DNA of 64,000 nt from Phoronis australis. Taxonomy: Eukaryota; Animalia; Phoronida. The position numbers and the translations under genes are program-made. Positions 28,278-39,683 of the stretch are shown in pieces. Where the stretch lies: the NCBI GenBank assembly GCA_002633005.1, contig NMRA01000756.1, positions 42,638-106,637 on the forward strand. The letters run 5' to 3'. How positions within the stretch are numbered: position 1 is the first letter of the stretch; each line of letters starts with the position of its first letter. The notes under the pieces are model-generated. The model did not search any database, was not told where the DNA came from, and saw nothing but the letters and a program-made list of their open reading frames with translations.

Positions 28278-29239
28278 ACAGTACACACCATGGATTTTTG
28301 CACATTTCGAATAACCGGTGGCCACAGACTAAATGTATGACGTAAAATCTAGCCAAGTCCATAATTATTTTGTGTCATGAGCTCGAAATTTTAATGTCTC
28401 TTTCAATTTTGCCAATTTTCACATTTCCCGCCATGTGACATCATGGGTTGAACACAAGAGGTCAGCGACTAGCATTGAACAACGACGGAGAGTAGGGAAT
28501 TTGAAAGCGACAACGATTATGAGCAAGAAATGAACAAATACTATGAAGAAACGTACGAGAATGGTGGCCAGGATGACGAAATGGGGTTGCACGAAAGCGA
28601 GAACGAGTTTGATATGTTTTCAGCTGCGTACTTTTCTACTTTGAGGCCTTATGAACTGGATCCTTCCGCGAGAGAAGCGGCCTCGGGCTCGGCCAGTTAA
28701 CCCAGTCATCTAACAGACGATCCTGAATAAAGAGCCGATGTTTCTGAATAGTAAATATTGTCCTTTATTGAACCAGGCCTTCATCGTAACATCTTTTCTG
28801 ATTGGAGTCAAAACACGACTCCTCAAAGTGGGCAGAACACAGAGTGGCCCGGACAGAATCGCTTGGTCCACGCTGAGGTCCCACACTCTCGTTCGGCGCA
28901 CGAAGCGATGCCACTACTGCGTAACTTTGGCGTCCTTCGGAACACCGAGACGTTCTCCGTCTGACTGCTGTTGCTGTAACCTCCGCAAACACATCTTTTC
29001 ATCCCTCTACGAACCTTCTCGACGCTAAATATACTTTACTTTCACTTCACTCTATACACTTAGTTGCTGATCCGAACAGTGCGCCGAACGACTTGGGTTC
29101 AACCCATGACGTTGTACATAATTATTATTTTTTCAATTTTTACGTGTTTCTTTTTGAGCTTTGCACAAAAGGCACTGAAATCAAGTAAGATATAGTAATA
29201 AAATTTATTTTGAGGTTCTAGAGTCATGTTGCGTACACT
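28278..29239. mobile_element. Internally deleted Kolobok-like DNA transposon with TTAA target duplication
   Basis: TTAA at 28274-28277 and 29240-29243. Imperfect TIRs are acagtacacaccatg and catgttgcgtacact. An inner inverted repeat is catgggttgaac / gttcaacccatg. Excision restores LINE coding (DGILPL-IRLGYCIIVYCCYLPPEG). Confidence 0.8.
28765..29010 (-). pseudogene. THAP zinc-finger remnant (N-terminus of the transposase)
   Basis: Across frameshifts it reads RCVCGGYSNS...PKDAKVTQ*WHRFVRRTR...LCSAHFEESCF, matching the THAP pattern C..P..W..LCSxHF. Confidence 0.75.
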
Positions 29240-29243
29240 TTAA

Positions 29244-29541
29244 AGGTAATATACCATCACACGACTTGTCAACAATATCAATTTTAAATGTTTTAAACAA
29301 ATAATTTTTAACAAATATTCTCACCGCACCCGAACCTCTTGGGGCCCGCTTGTTTATAAGCTGCCTATTGTGTCCGTACCAAAAATAACCGGGCAAAAGT
29401 AATAGATTTATTTGCATGTAAATGAGTTTCTACCACCCCTATGATGTGGGCGTTGAATGAAGACAGCAATTGTTCACGGAGCAATGAATTGTTGCTGGTC
29501 CAACCACAGGCATTGGCCTCGCAAATCCTCAAAACGCTGTC
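29244..29541 (-). mobile_element. CR1-group LINE ORF2: APE endonuclease N-terminus
   Basis: Reads LRICEANACGW...IIGVVETHL...PGYFWYGHNR...RGSGAVRIFVK. Confidence 0.88.
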
Positions 29542-30395
29542 CTATTCTGCATCACGAATTGTTTTGTTCCCCGAGTCAGCCTCCTCACCTGTGGCCACTC
29601 TCACAATTCGACCATTTGAGCGGATCTTGAATTCTTTGTTGTTCGGCAAAGTTTCAATGATTGTTTTGAAATTAATTTCAAATAACCTGTCAGTGTGAGA
29701 TTTGCTTCCACGAAGAAAAACTCGTTGAAATAAAAGCGTGCCCTTTAATTTTTGCTTGTTCCGCAGCACTAGAAGTTTTTGAACCAGTGACTCAACAGAA
29801 AATTTGACCAAGGGAGGTCTGGTATCCCCCTGTCGAGCGTTCAGACGGGTGCAATCAAGTAAGGTCACATCTGAAGACAGGCCCATGCTACATAACAGTT
29901 CTTCAATCACTTCGCGTAAAGGTCGGGTTCCGTTGACTATGCCTGATGCGATAATACACAAGTCATTGTTATACAATGGGTCGTTCTGAATGACTAAATC
30001 TGAACCATGCGCGTAATGCTTCTCCAACCTGCTTACACGGTTTTCGAGACGTGCAAAATCCATATCAATATCCGCCTTGAAGGATTTTAGCTTGATATCA
30101 ATAGAACTTGTGATCTCATTGCGTATTTTGTACATTTTGGATTCAAACGTTTTTCTAAGCCCATCTTGAGCCGACTATAGATCTCGGATTTCTTTCAATA
30201 CGAGTTCAGATATCTCAACTTGATATCACGTGGAGCTGGAGAGGTCGGCATGCTTGATATAGCTTCACTAATTGCAGGTTCTGAATTAAACGTTTTGTTA
30301 CATTGATCACCTGTACGGTTCATAGTTGTCCTTAACTCGCTACTGTCCTTGCTTGGTTTACGTTTGCGTACAGTTTGCCACTCAGAATAATCCAA
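29542..30395 (-). mobile_element. LINE ORF1 (coiled-coil plus RRM-like region), with one disruption
   Basis: ORFs 30195-30395 (WQTVRKRK) and 29542-30135 (RLENRVSRLE; RPPLVKFSVES...KLLVLRNKQKLK...VFLR) lie directly upstream of the endonuclease. Confidence 0.8.
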
Positions 30396-30808
30396 AAGTG
30401 TAAATAAAGAAGATAATAACTAAATGTCAATATGACTTGTCCCAAAATCTATACTCATAGCTTCGAGTAAATTGATGTAAAAAATAAAAGAAATAATCTT
30501 ATTGAACATTATCTTACAATTGCGGCTGTCTATATGCTGTAAATCGCTGACAAACTAGCATAAAAACTTCGTCGTTGTCTCTACCGCAGAATACGTCCAT
30601 TGCAAACATTCCCGAAAATGGTACTGTTAGGGAACTAGTTTACATAAACACACCTTTCAACATTGATGACAAGTCAAATAACTTATAAAAAAGCATGCAA
30701 TTCGATTTTTTCGTTAGTAAATGAACCTTATAACTATAAAACTGATTATGAGCTTGTACGTTTTATTTGAAATGCACATTGATACCCGAAGGTCACTCAT
30801 ATTGACAT

Positions 30809-31060
30809 GGTGCCCGCAGGCGTATACCAATAATTGCTGAGACACGTCCTATAGCGGGGGCCAGGTCTGCTAATTCCCATCCCCTTTTGCGTGGGATAGA
30901 AAGACGGCCAGCGTGCCTTTGCGGGACAGAGAACAAGGCAGAGAGCCTTTTGGTTGATAGAATTGACAATTAGGGACCTATTGAACCCCGTTTGTGTCCC
31001 GCAAAACGTGCTGAAGAAGTACCGCTTACCCGCAATTTTGGTTACACGCCTGCGGGCACC
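30809..31060. mobile_element. MITE of ~250 bp just upstream of the FReD exon
   Basis: A perfect 15-bp TIR: ggtgcccgcaggcgt (30809-30823) and acgcctgcgggcacc (31046-31060). Confidence 0.75.
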
Positions 31061-31124
31061 TTATCGATATGAGTGACATCTCGGGCATTTATAGTAACCA
31101 TATGCTGTATCTCTATTCTTGAAG

Positions 31125-31732
31125 GCACGACATATACGGGACATCTATTGGTGAGACCAAAAAACGCCCAGCATGGTTTCATTGCCTCTTGTGACAGCGG
31201 TTGGATAGTCATTCAGCGAAGGTTTGATGGCAGTTTGGATTTCAACAAAGCGTGAGTGGACTACAAAGTTGGGTTTGGAGAACTAATTGGCGAAATGTGG
31301 CTTGGTAACGACAACATTCACTACATCACCCAGCAGGCTCAGTATAAAATACAGTATGTTATGACGTTATGGGATGGCACGCAATTTACACGCGATCACA
31401 GCGTGTTCGCAATTGCGAACGAGACCGCAAAGTACAGGATGACAGTGTCATCTGTGTTGCAGGCGAATGTGGTAAAATCGAGCATTGAGCAGCTAAACGG
31501 CGTACCATTCACCACCCGCGACTCCGACAATGATGAGTACCCTAACAATTGTGCTATTCAAAATGAGGGTGGGTGGTGGTTCAAGAAATGTAGTTATGTT
31601 TGCCTCAATAATCTCTACCCCCTCAAGGGTACATGCTCTTTGGAAAAGAATAAAATGTGCATGAAAACAGCGCACGAGAGTGGAGACACATACTTGTTAA
31701 TGTATTCCCTCATGAAAATAAAGAAGGTTTGA
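31125..31732 (+). pseudogene. Fibrinogen-related domain (FReD/FBG) terminal exon with an in-frame TGA
   Basis: Reads CDSGWIVIQRRFDGSLDFNKA*VDYKVGFG...EMWLGNDNIHYIT...PFTTRDSDND...NCA...GGWWFKKC..VCLN. Acceptor ctctattcttgaag ends at 31124. TGA at 31253-31255 replaces the conserved Trp. AATAAA follows at ~31782 and ~31812. Confidence 0.88.
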
Positions 31733-34269
31733 AGGTCATTCCACATGGAAGGAAGGACTATACGGACACCAGATGAATTAAAATAAACACTTTTTTTAAC
31801 TAAACTCTCGAAATAAAGGACTTCTTTACTGTATGTTGAAACATATATTGCTTAAAACGTGGATGAACACGCGTGAAAGCTACTTTCAAAAATTGGCATA
31901 GGAGGGTTCTCATTATGATATGTTTGTAACTGATTGGAATTGATTATTATACACCAGATACGCAGTAACATCTCTGCAAATGAGTATTCGCAGAATAATC
32001 TTGGAACACAGATTTGTCTGAATTTTGCAAATGAAAAAGTTTCCTGTATCTGCAGTTGCGATGCTCTAATTGAACCAAAATATCATACTATCGAACACAA
32101 AAAATAGTCTTGTGATTAATAAAATTTAGAAGTACACACGAAAATATTAAGAGCTATTCCTCTAGAAACCAAAAAGGAACCAAAAATCACTCTAGATGCC
32201 ATCTTTCAGATATAGCTTAAACTTTGTGTACATGTATGTGATAGTGGTGTGGCTCTGATACAAAAGTCACCAATTTGGTCATTTACTTTTGGCCTTTAAA
32301 TGTTCACGAGGAAAATGACTTTTTTGCTTTCCGAAAACAATAATTTACCATGTAAAAACAGCTNACTAATCAACAGCAATAAGATAGAAACGTCTTGTGT
32401 AAAAGTCTGGTGTTGGTCAGTGTTGTGCCAGCTGAGATATACGGGCTCAAAGTGTGGCGAAATTGCAATGCCTTGTTAACCTCTGACCCCTCTATACTTT
32501 ATGCATGAAATTTTTTACTTAGCGGCAGAGTTAATGAGTATTGCTTAACATCTTTGTAAAGCCGAAGATTTGCTTTATTTAAAAATTACAAACAGATAAT
32601 GATCTCGTGCGCCGATATTTTTTGTTGTGCAGTGCAAATAAGGCATTTTCGGCGAGTTCATTGCATGGCATACCCCCAAAATAGAGGCTCCCTGATTTCT
32701 CCCACTTAAACAAGGTAAAATGAGATTGGACTTTACTGTTTTGTTTATCATCCCAAAGGTAACTAAAATGCATAGTATGGTTCAAATCGGTGACATTGGA
32801 TTTATCACCCCTCTGGGCATTTTTGCCTGCTGTGAGCCGTACTTCACTCTTAAGCGAATGTTTATTTGACTATTTTACGTCTTAACTGAAAATGGGTTCA
32901 GGAAGAAGTAATTACTGCTAAATATCGTATTAGAGGCCATAATGCAGTCTGACATATCCATATGCCATTTCACCCATTTAGGATTCATAACTGACCGTGT
33001 GTCAGAGGTTACGCAGGTAGAGGTGATAGCATATTTGCCTTGTGACAATGCTCATCACGGTTAGCGTACTGAAAATTCTTTTTTCACTTTGAAGACAAAG
33101 GCCTGAATCAGAGGAAAAGCATCGCTATTTTATGTCTAAGATTTGGACTCATTTTTGATCGGGTGGGTCATGTTGGATGTCAGCGGAATAGGTTATGAGT
33201 GTAAAAAGCTTTTAAGTAACCTTACAGAATGATTTTTGGCGGAAAAATAAGCTTTTGCAAAATAACTTAAGTCGTTGAGGAAAAACTTAAGTTTTCTGAA
33301 AACAGGTCTCTGTGTGATCAAAATTTATGTTTTCCAATTTTTGAAATTTGAATATTATGGGTTATTTGATTTTTATTGTTGGAAATTTTTCAGTTAATTT
33401 TCCAACAAAAAGTTCTTGTTTGTTTATGCATAATCGATTATTTAATTAAAATGTATACATGTAAAATGTTTCCTTTGTTTCGAGTTATGTCCGTAAGGCC
33501 ACCGGAAGTCGACGGTCTTCGAAGAAAACGATGGTTGTCGGCTAGCCCACGACAACTGAGTTGATATACATGTAACTACTTGCAGAGCCTGTAAGATGAA
33601 ATGTACAGCAGTTGTGGAAGTCAGGTTACTGCCAGAAAGCAGTCTAAAATCGATTGGCCACAAACGGCGCTGCGGTTGCTTCCAACGTGAAAAGTGCAGT
33701 TGTTATGATCACTGTCAGCCACTCACGCTGTCACATACCGACTTGGACAGTTATCGTGTGTGGGTTATTAAATCTATATTATTCTAACGTGTAATATTAT
33801 ACTGCCTGTCGTCCTTGGAAGAGCAAGACATCTAAGGACATGCATCGAAACAATCGCCATAGTGGTGGGGCTGTCAACACCTACATCGGTTTCAGCGTTT
33901 ATTTAATTTGATGCTGCAATCAGTGTTTGAATTTGAAACAAATAATCATAAGCGTTTTCTTCTTTTCTCTGCAAGTGTGTAAAAATGCCCAGCAACTACA
34001 TGTACATGTATATCCGAACAAGAAAAAGTAGCGTGGGGCATTCAGACTGAAAATTACCGCGCACTCAGCCTGATAACGACTAAAAAGGACCTCTTCTAGT
34101 AAAGGCTAGCAGATTCACGTGTAGGTAACAAAGTCTCCTACGTAAGTCAATCATCGACGTAATAGGAATACGAAATATTTAAAAACGCAAACATCGATCT
34201 ATTGCCACAAGTCGTGGGTCGAGGGGTTGTGGATCGAGGGGTATGGGATTCGAGGGGGTTTTAGAACAA

Positions 34270-34700
34270 TCCTCAGAGATCTCTTTAAATCACCAATGGA
34301 TTCTTTCGATAAGTTTGCTAAGTATTCTGGTTTGACACCCAATACTGATAAAACTGTATATGGACTGATTCCAAGATACATGTAGGTTGCCGTGAAAAAC
34401 TTTGCTGTGAAAAAATTTTTAAAATGTACAAGTTCCCAATTCACATCCCTTGGAATTATCTTCTCTGTCAATTTACAGGAAATTATTCATTTAAACCACG
34501 ATGCAAAATTGAACGAGGTTAGAAATGGCTTTAAAATTGGTCAAACAGAAATTAGACCACTGTTGGAAAAATAACGGTTTGTCAAATCTTTTATCGACAA
34601 AGCTGATTCAACTTTGTGCACACTTGCTCTTCCAGGTGCTACATTTTTATCAGACATTGACAAATTAGTTTTTAATTATGTACTTTTTAATTTAATTAAT
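34270..34700 (+). mobile_element. L1/Tx1-type LINE RT C-terminal fragment
   Basis: Across frameshifts it reads FDKFAKYSGLTPNTDKT, FTSLGIIFS...NHDAKL and WSNRN*TTVGKITV. Confidence 0.65.
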
Positions 34701-34934
34701 GAGTCTCTAGAAAGAAATCTGGTCTTTATTGCGTCATTTGTTAAAGCTTTTAAACTGATTTCAAAACTTATAATCGCAATGCTTCCTCTTGGCTAAATAG
34801 TTATGTGAAATTGTTCGTATTGTTGCCGTGGGAATAATCGAAGAGGATGCAATGGTAGAGTAGTCTTTATTTTTTTGCTCCGAGGCCAAATGTGGCCCAT
34901 GAACACTTAGAGAAAATAAAGTCCGAACACCATA

Positions 34935-36628
34935 CAAAAACGTGAATGGCTCTAGACGTGAGACAAGTAAACAAACTACCATAGCGCTTTTCTCTATCTC
35001 GGCCTCTTTTGACCAGAAATGGTTCAAAGCAATCCACACCAAAGGAGAAAAAACGGAGTCGCCTAAAGACACCCAATCAACCGGTAAATCGGCCATCCGC
35101 TAAGTCAGTAATCCACCCTTTGATCTTTTGCACTGCAGCACACCCTCGGAGCTGACGGTTAATTAAAACCCTAACTCCAGGGATAAAAAGACCGTATGGA
35201 TGATAGAGCGTGTTTTCGGCCAGAATGTTGCGTGACGAACCGGTGAAAATGCCTCACAGTCATCGAAGCGACTTGACAGTCCGTGGGTACAATAATAGGG
35301 TGCCTCGAATCATCTGGAAGGCAAGCATTGTTCAATCTACGAGACACCTTTAAAAGACAATTCGACGAATCCAAGAACAGGGTCTTAGGCGTCAGGTGTA
35401 AACTGTGGCAACCGACATGGGTCTGGGGCCTGGAACAGTCGGGAAAAGAAAGGCTGAGAAGTACGGATATTTTGGAAAATTGAAGAGAACATTTAACAAC
35501 TGTGCATCAGTGCATGGTTTACCTTCTTACGGCCCTGACCAGGACATTGTTATAAAGGGCTCCGCTTTTGCAGCACAGTACGTCTAAACGCACTTGCAAG
35601 TAATCGTTCATACATGTATTTCGAAAAATCGAGAAAATTTGTAAAGCGAAGCTTTCTCGGAGCTTACAAATTTACCGGATGTTTCAATTCAATAAGTCAA
35701 TTTTGCGAAAGTAAAACCACGTTTTTCCAGAGGATCCTCTCTGGCAAGGGATAACTGAAACAACTGCTTTATGTTTTTTTCTCGAAAGTGACCTGACAGA
35801 TATCAGTTGCTGTGCATTTCCGATTTTTGGAAATATAGATATTTTCATATTTAGTGGATTCCCCTTGAAAGTGGCCATTAATGACACTCAAGTGGCCACA
35901 TGTTTGTGCTTCTTAAGAGGGTCTAATGTAGGAATCGATTACCTCTATTTTCCTGTTTTTTGTGAAATCGTGCAACCGGTTTTCATGTTGAATAAGATTA
36001 GTTCCTGCACCGTCTTGTGGCCGCACGACGGTGGAATGAACTGTCGCTCTTTTCCAAGCTTAATGGTGTTTAGCCTTTCATCCTAAGGTGTCCCATTTCA
36101 GACGGGATCCTCTCTCGGTGGAGCAGTTCGAAGGAAATATCCTTTTGTCACCCTAATCATAAAAATCCGACACTGCCAACTGTTCACGAGTGATGTTGAA
36201 ATCCCAAATCCATCAAAAACAGTCGTGCACAGCACAGTAGTAACAAGACATTCGATCCAAACAAACAAAAATGTGGAAAAACACAATACCATTGACCGCC
36301 ATCAAAAGGGTGGGATTTTGAAGAACGTGAAACCCACTATTTGTGAATTTGACAAAAGGACTATTTCTGATGGTTAGTTATAAAATAATGTTAGTGTTTC
36401 CCATAATATGACAAGAATAGTATTTCTTTTGGAGGTGGTTACTGTGAGTTGTTTGTAAGGATTTCCCACATGTGGAAAACACTGCTGTCTAAACTACTAT
36501 TTGTGATGACCGCGTACATGTACACGTCCGAAGGGGGTACTCAAAAAACTTTCTCAATCACAAAGATCTCAGCTTTTTTTTGGAGGTGGAGCTCAAGTTT
36601 AACTCGTGAACCGTTATAGGTACAAGAA
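34935..36628 (-). mobile_element. BEL/Pao LTR retrotransposon remnant (integrase region plus deleted 5' part)
   Basis: Motifs LLKVSRRLNNA.LPDDSRHPIIVP, MADLP and FGVDCFEPFLVKRGR..EKRYGSLFTCLTSRAIHV are diagnostic of Pao integrase at 34935-35400. The extension to 36628 is inferred. Confidence 0.7.
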
Positions 36629-37106
36629 TGTCACGTTTGTTACCACATTTTACGGAGACATAAACAACGTGGTTTCTATCTTAGACTGTATTGTCAGGAA
36701 CTACTACCTACGGTGACGTCTATCGGGCAACATACATAACACCCCTCCACCTTAACTAAAATGTCCATGCGACAAATAACGAAGTATCAATAAACCATGT
36801 CTACATCAAGATCAAGTGTCAAGTCCAGTCTCTGTGGCTGCTTACGAATCCGCGTAGAACGTCTCACAGGTTGATCTGGCGGTGCTGGAGATCTAATTGG
36901 TACATGCATGTTGTCAGACACTACGGGTTCAGTTTCGGGCACAGTGTAACTTGGCACACCGACAGACGGTACAGATATATCAGGTGAAGACACGACAGGC
37001 GGATCCGCGGAAAAATCGGCAGAACGCATTTGATCGGCATGTCTCCACCAAAGCACATTCGGCGCAGTCTCCACTCTATACGAAACTGGTCCTGTCTGCT
37101 CTTTAA
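36629..37106 (-). mobile_element. 3' end of a second copy of the Gypsy element (pol tail, PPT, LTR 36629-36741), running into the gap
   Basis: It is the reverse complement of ~42545-43044. It encodes KEQTGPVSYRVETAPNV...RRSTRIRKQPQRLDL, followed by PPT ttaaggtggagggg and the 113-bp LTR. Confidence 0.95.
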
Positions 37107-37149
37107 NNNNNNNNNNNNNNNNNNNNNNNNNNNNNNNNNNNNNNNNNNN

Positions 37150-38365
37150 TGACCGAAGGAACAACGGCATTCGAAAATCTCGAATGATTCAAAAGTAGAC
37201 GTTGTAGCGCAAAATGGAAAATATCGTCTGAAAGCCCGTCCACAACTCTACGTACTTTGATAGAGCATACAATCACTTACAATAAAGAACAATAGATGGC
37301 GCAACATTGCGGACGAGGCATGCTTTGCAGTAGGACAGTGCTGGCTGTGTCAGTTTGGGTCAACTAGGCATAACCAAAACAAAGTGAGCTGAAAGCCAGC
37401 CAGCTGCGTGTGACCGAAGTAACAACGGTGTCCGAAAATCTCGAATAATTCAAAAAGTAGACGTCGTAGCGCAAAATGGAAAATATCTCCTTAAAGCCCG
37501 TTCAAAACTCTATCTAAAGTGGTAGTTTGGCAAAAATCAAAAAAGTTTTCGAGAAAATTGAAAATTTGCCGTTTTTTTTTTGAAATTCAAAGTCAAATAA
37601 CTCGAAAACGGTAAGTCTGAGAAACACGCTCTCGCAAACTTTTCGAAAGGCCATACTTCAAGGAATCAACATGCAAAAATTCACGTCATTTGCTCTTTCC
37701 ATAAAAAATACGACACCAGAGCGATTGAAACCGTGTGAACATGCGCCACAGCCGCCATCTTGAAAGTGACTTCCGGTCCAATAATTTTTTATAAAAGCAT
37801 ATTAAACTCAACAAACACGTGACCAGTTTGAAAGTGATTGGTTTGCAATTGCGCCCTCTACAGGAGAAAACGTTTTTAGCCATATTTCGGGGTGCGCATG
37901 CGCCACGTCCAATATTTCCGCCATCTTTAACCAAAAGTCAACGATTTTCTGCACAATTGTAGCACATGCATTCTAGTATATTCGTTCCGATTTTCAGCCA
38001 AGTAGGTCGAAAAATGCGGCCTCTACGAGTATTTGCCATTTTGTATCCGATCATGACCAAAAACAACAGCATTCTAGCAGTTGCCGATCTACACGTTGTG
38101 TGCGAATTTCGTGAAAATCTGACGAATATTGCGACCTGTAGAGAGCGAACAAACAAAAAAAAACTTGCTGTCAGACGAATATACTTGGCGGAATTCCCAG
38201 AATTCCGCCAAGTAAAAAAACTTGCTGTCTGACCAACATACTTGGCTGAAGAATTCCGCCAAGTAAAAAGTTGCTGTCAGACCAACATACTTGGCGGAAA
38301 AATTCCGCCAAGTAAAAAAAAAACAAAAAACAAACTTAGTGTCAGAGCAACATACTTGGCGAAGT
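37150..38365 (+). mobile_element. Helentron/HINE-like non-autonomous element with internal repeats and reiterated terminal hairpins
   Basis: A ~100-bp direct repeat occurs at 37150 and 37411. About four tandem units at 38161-38365 carry the stem-loop tacttggcggaa...ttccgccaagta followed by A-runs. Confidence 0.5.
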
Positions 38366-38894
38366 TTATTTTTTACAAAATTAGCTTCTAATTGTCAAAA
38401 ATCATCAATGAATCTGTCGATTTTCTTAGATACATAAACAGATGAATCAGAAATCAACGAATTTTTTATCAAAACGGGATGTTTCAAATAAGCAATTTCC
38501 GCAAGCATGCTCGCAGATTTGTAACACGGGTAACCGGGGGAACATAAGAGATGGGGCGTTCGTATTAAGGTGTATTTCAGTTGTACTTTGTTATATATGT
38601 TGCCCGATAGATGTCACCGTAGGTAGTAGTTCCTGACAATACAGTCTAAGAAAAAAACCACGTTGTTTATGTCTCCGTAAAATGTGGTAACAAACGTGAC
38701 ATTTTGGCGAAGAGAACGGTTCTTAGTAAGGAACTCACGTAAGGTCGGCACTCAGGCATGAGAGGGTGATGCTTGGAAATTCGAACTGTCATTACTTTTG
38801 CTGAAATTCCGTTTCGATTATCGGAAGTCTTTGAATTTGTAGTGCGTAGTGATACATATTCGTTTTTTTTCAACGTAAGTGCTGAACTGTACCA

Positions 38895-39683
38895 TGTCAG
38901 GCGGTATTGGCAAAATTTAGGTGTTCAACGACACGGTCGAACCGTGGTGCGCGTATAAAGAGCGGCTGGATCAATATTTCTTAGCCAATGACGTAACTTG
39001 TGACAAAAAGGTGCCCGCCCTATTGAGTTGCATTGGCGGACGCACATGCGGGTTATTATGGGATTTGACCGCACCGGCTTTGCCAGCCTTGAAATCATAT
39101 GAATTTTTAACGGGTGTATTAGAGAAGCATTTATCCCCGAAACCAATCGTGATAGCTGAACGTTTTCGCTTTCACATGCGTGAGCAAAATGAAGGCGAGT
39201 GCGTGCGTGATTACGTTGCGCAGTTGAGGAAGTTCAGTCAATACTGTGACTTTGGGGACAATTTAAACGATACCCTGCGCGACAGACTTGTATGTGGTTT
39301 ACGCAATGAACAGATACAAAAACGTTTATTAAGCGAGAAAAACCTGACGTATGAAAAGGCTTTTGACATAGCTACCGCGATGGAAACTGCAACCAAGGAT
39401 GCCGTTGAACTACAAGGGAAGGCGAATGTTCACAAAATGTCGCATAAAGTGTCGCATCATAAGAAATCTGGCAAGCCTAATAAAGGTAAACATGACCGCT
39501 CACCCCAAAAGGGGACACAACAGAGACAAACACACAGCAGCGCGATGTTTTCGATGTAAGAAACTTGGTCATGATCCGGAAGACTGTTATTTCAAAAACG
39601 CAAAGTGTCACCGATGTGGCCAGGTTGGACACATACAGAAGGCTTTTTCATCGAAATCCAACACCGAGGGTAGACGCTTTTGA
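38895..39683 (+). pseudogene. gag: Gypsy gag (capsid plus two CCHC-type knuckles), frameshifted
   Basis: ERFRFHMREQNEGE...LRDRLVCGL, then CFRCKKLGHDPEDC and CHRCGQVGHIQKAF in a second frame. Confidence 0.9.

Noticed and set aside
31253-31255. Selenocysteine or alternative genetic code (TGA=Trp)
   Set aside because: The other Trp codons in the same exon are TGG and the exon itself ends in TGA. The position is Trp, not Cys.
38161-38365. CRISPR-like array of palindromic repeats
   Set aside because: There are no unique spacers of constant length and no cas genes, and the context is eukaryotic. It is better explained as reiterated transposon termini.
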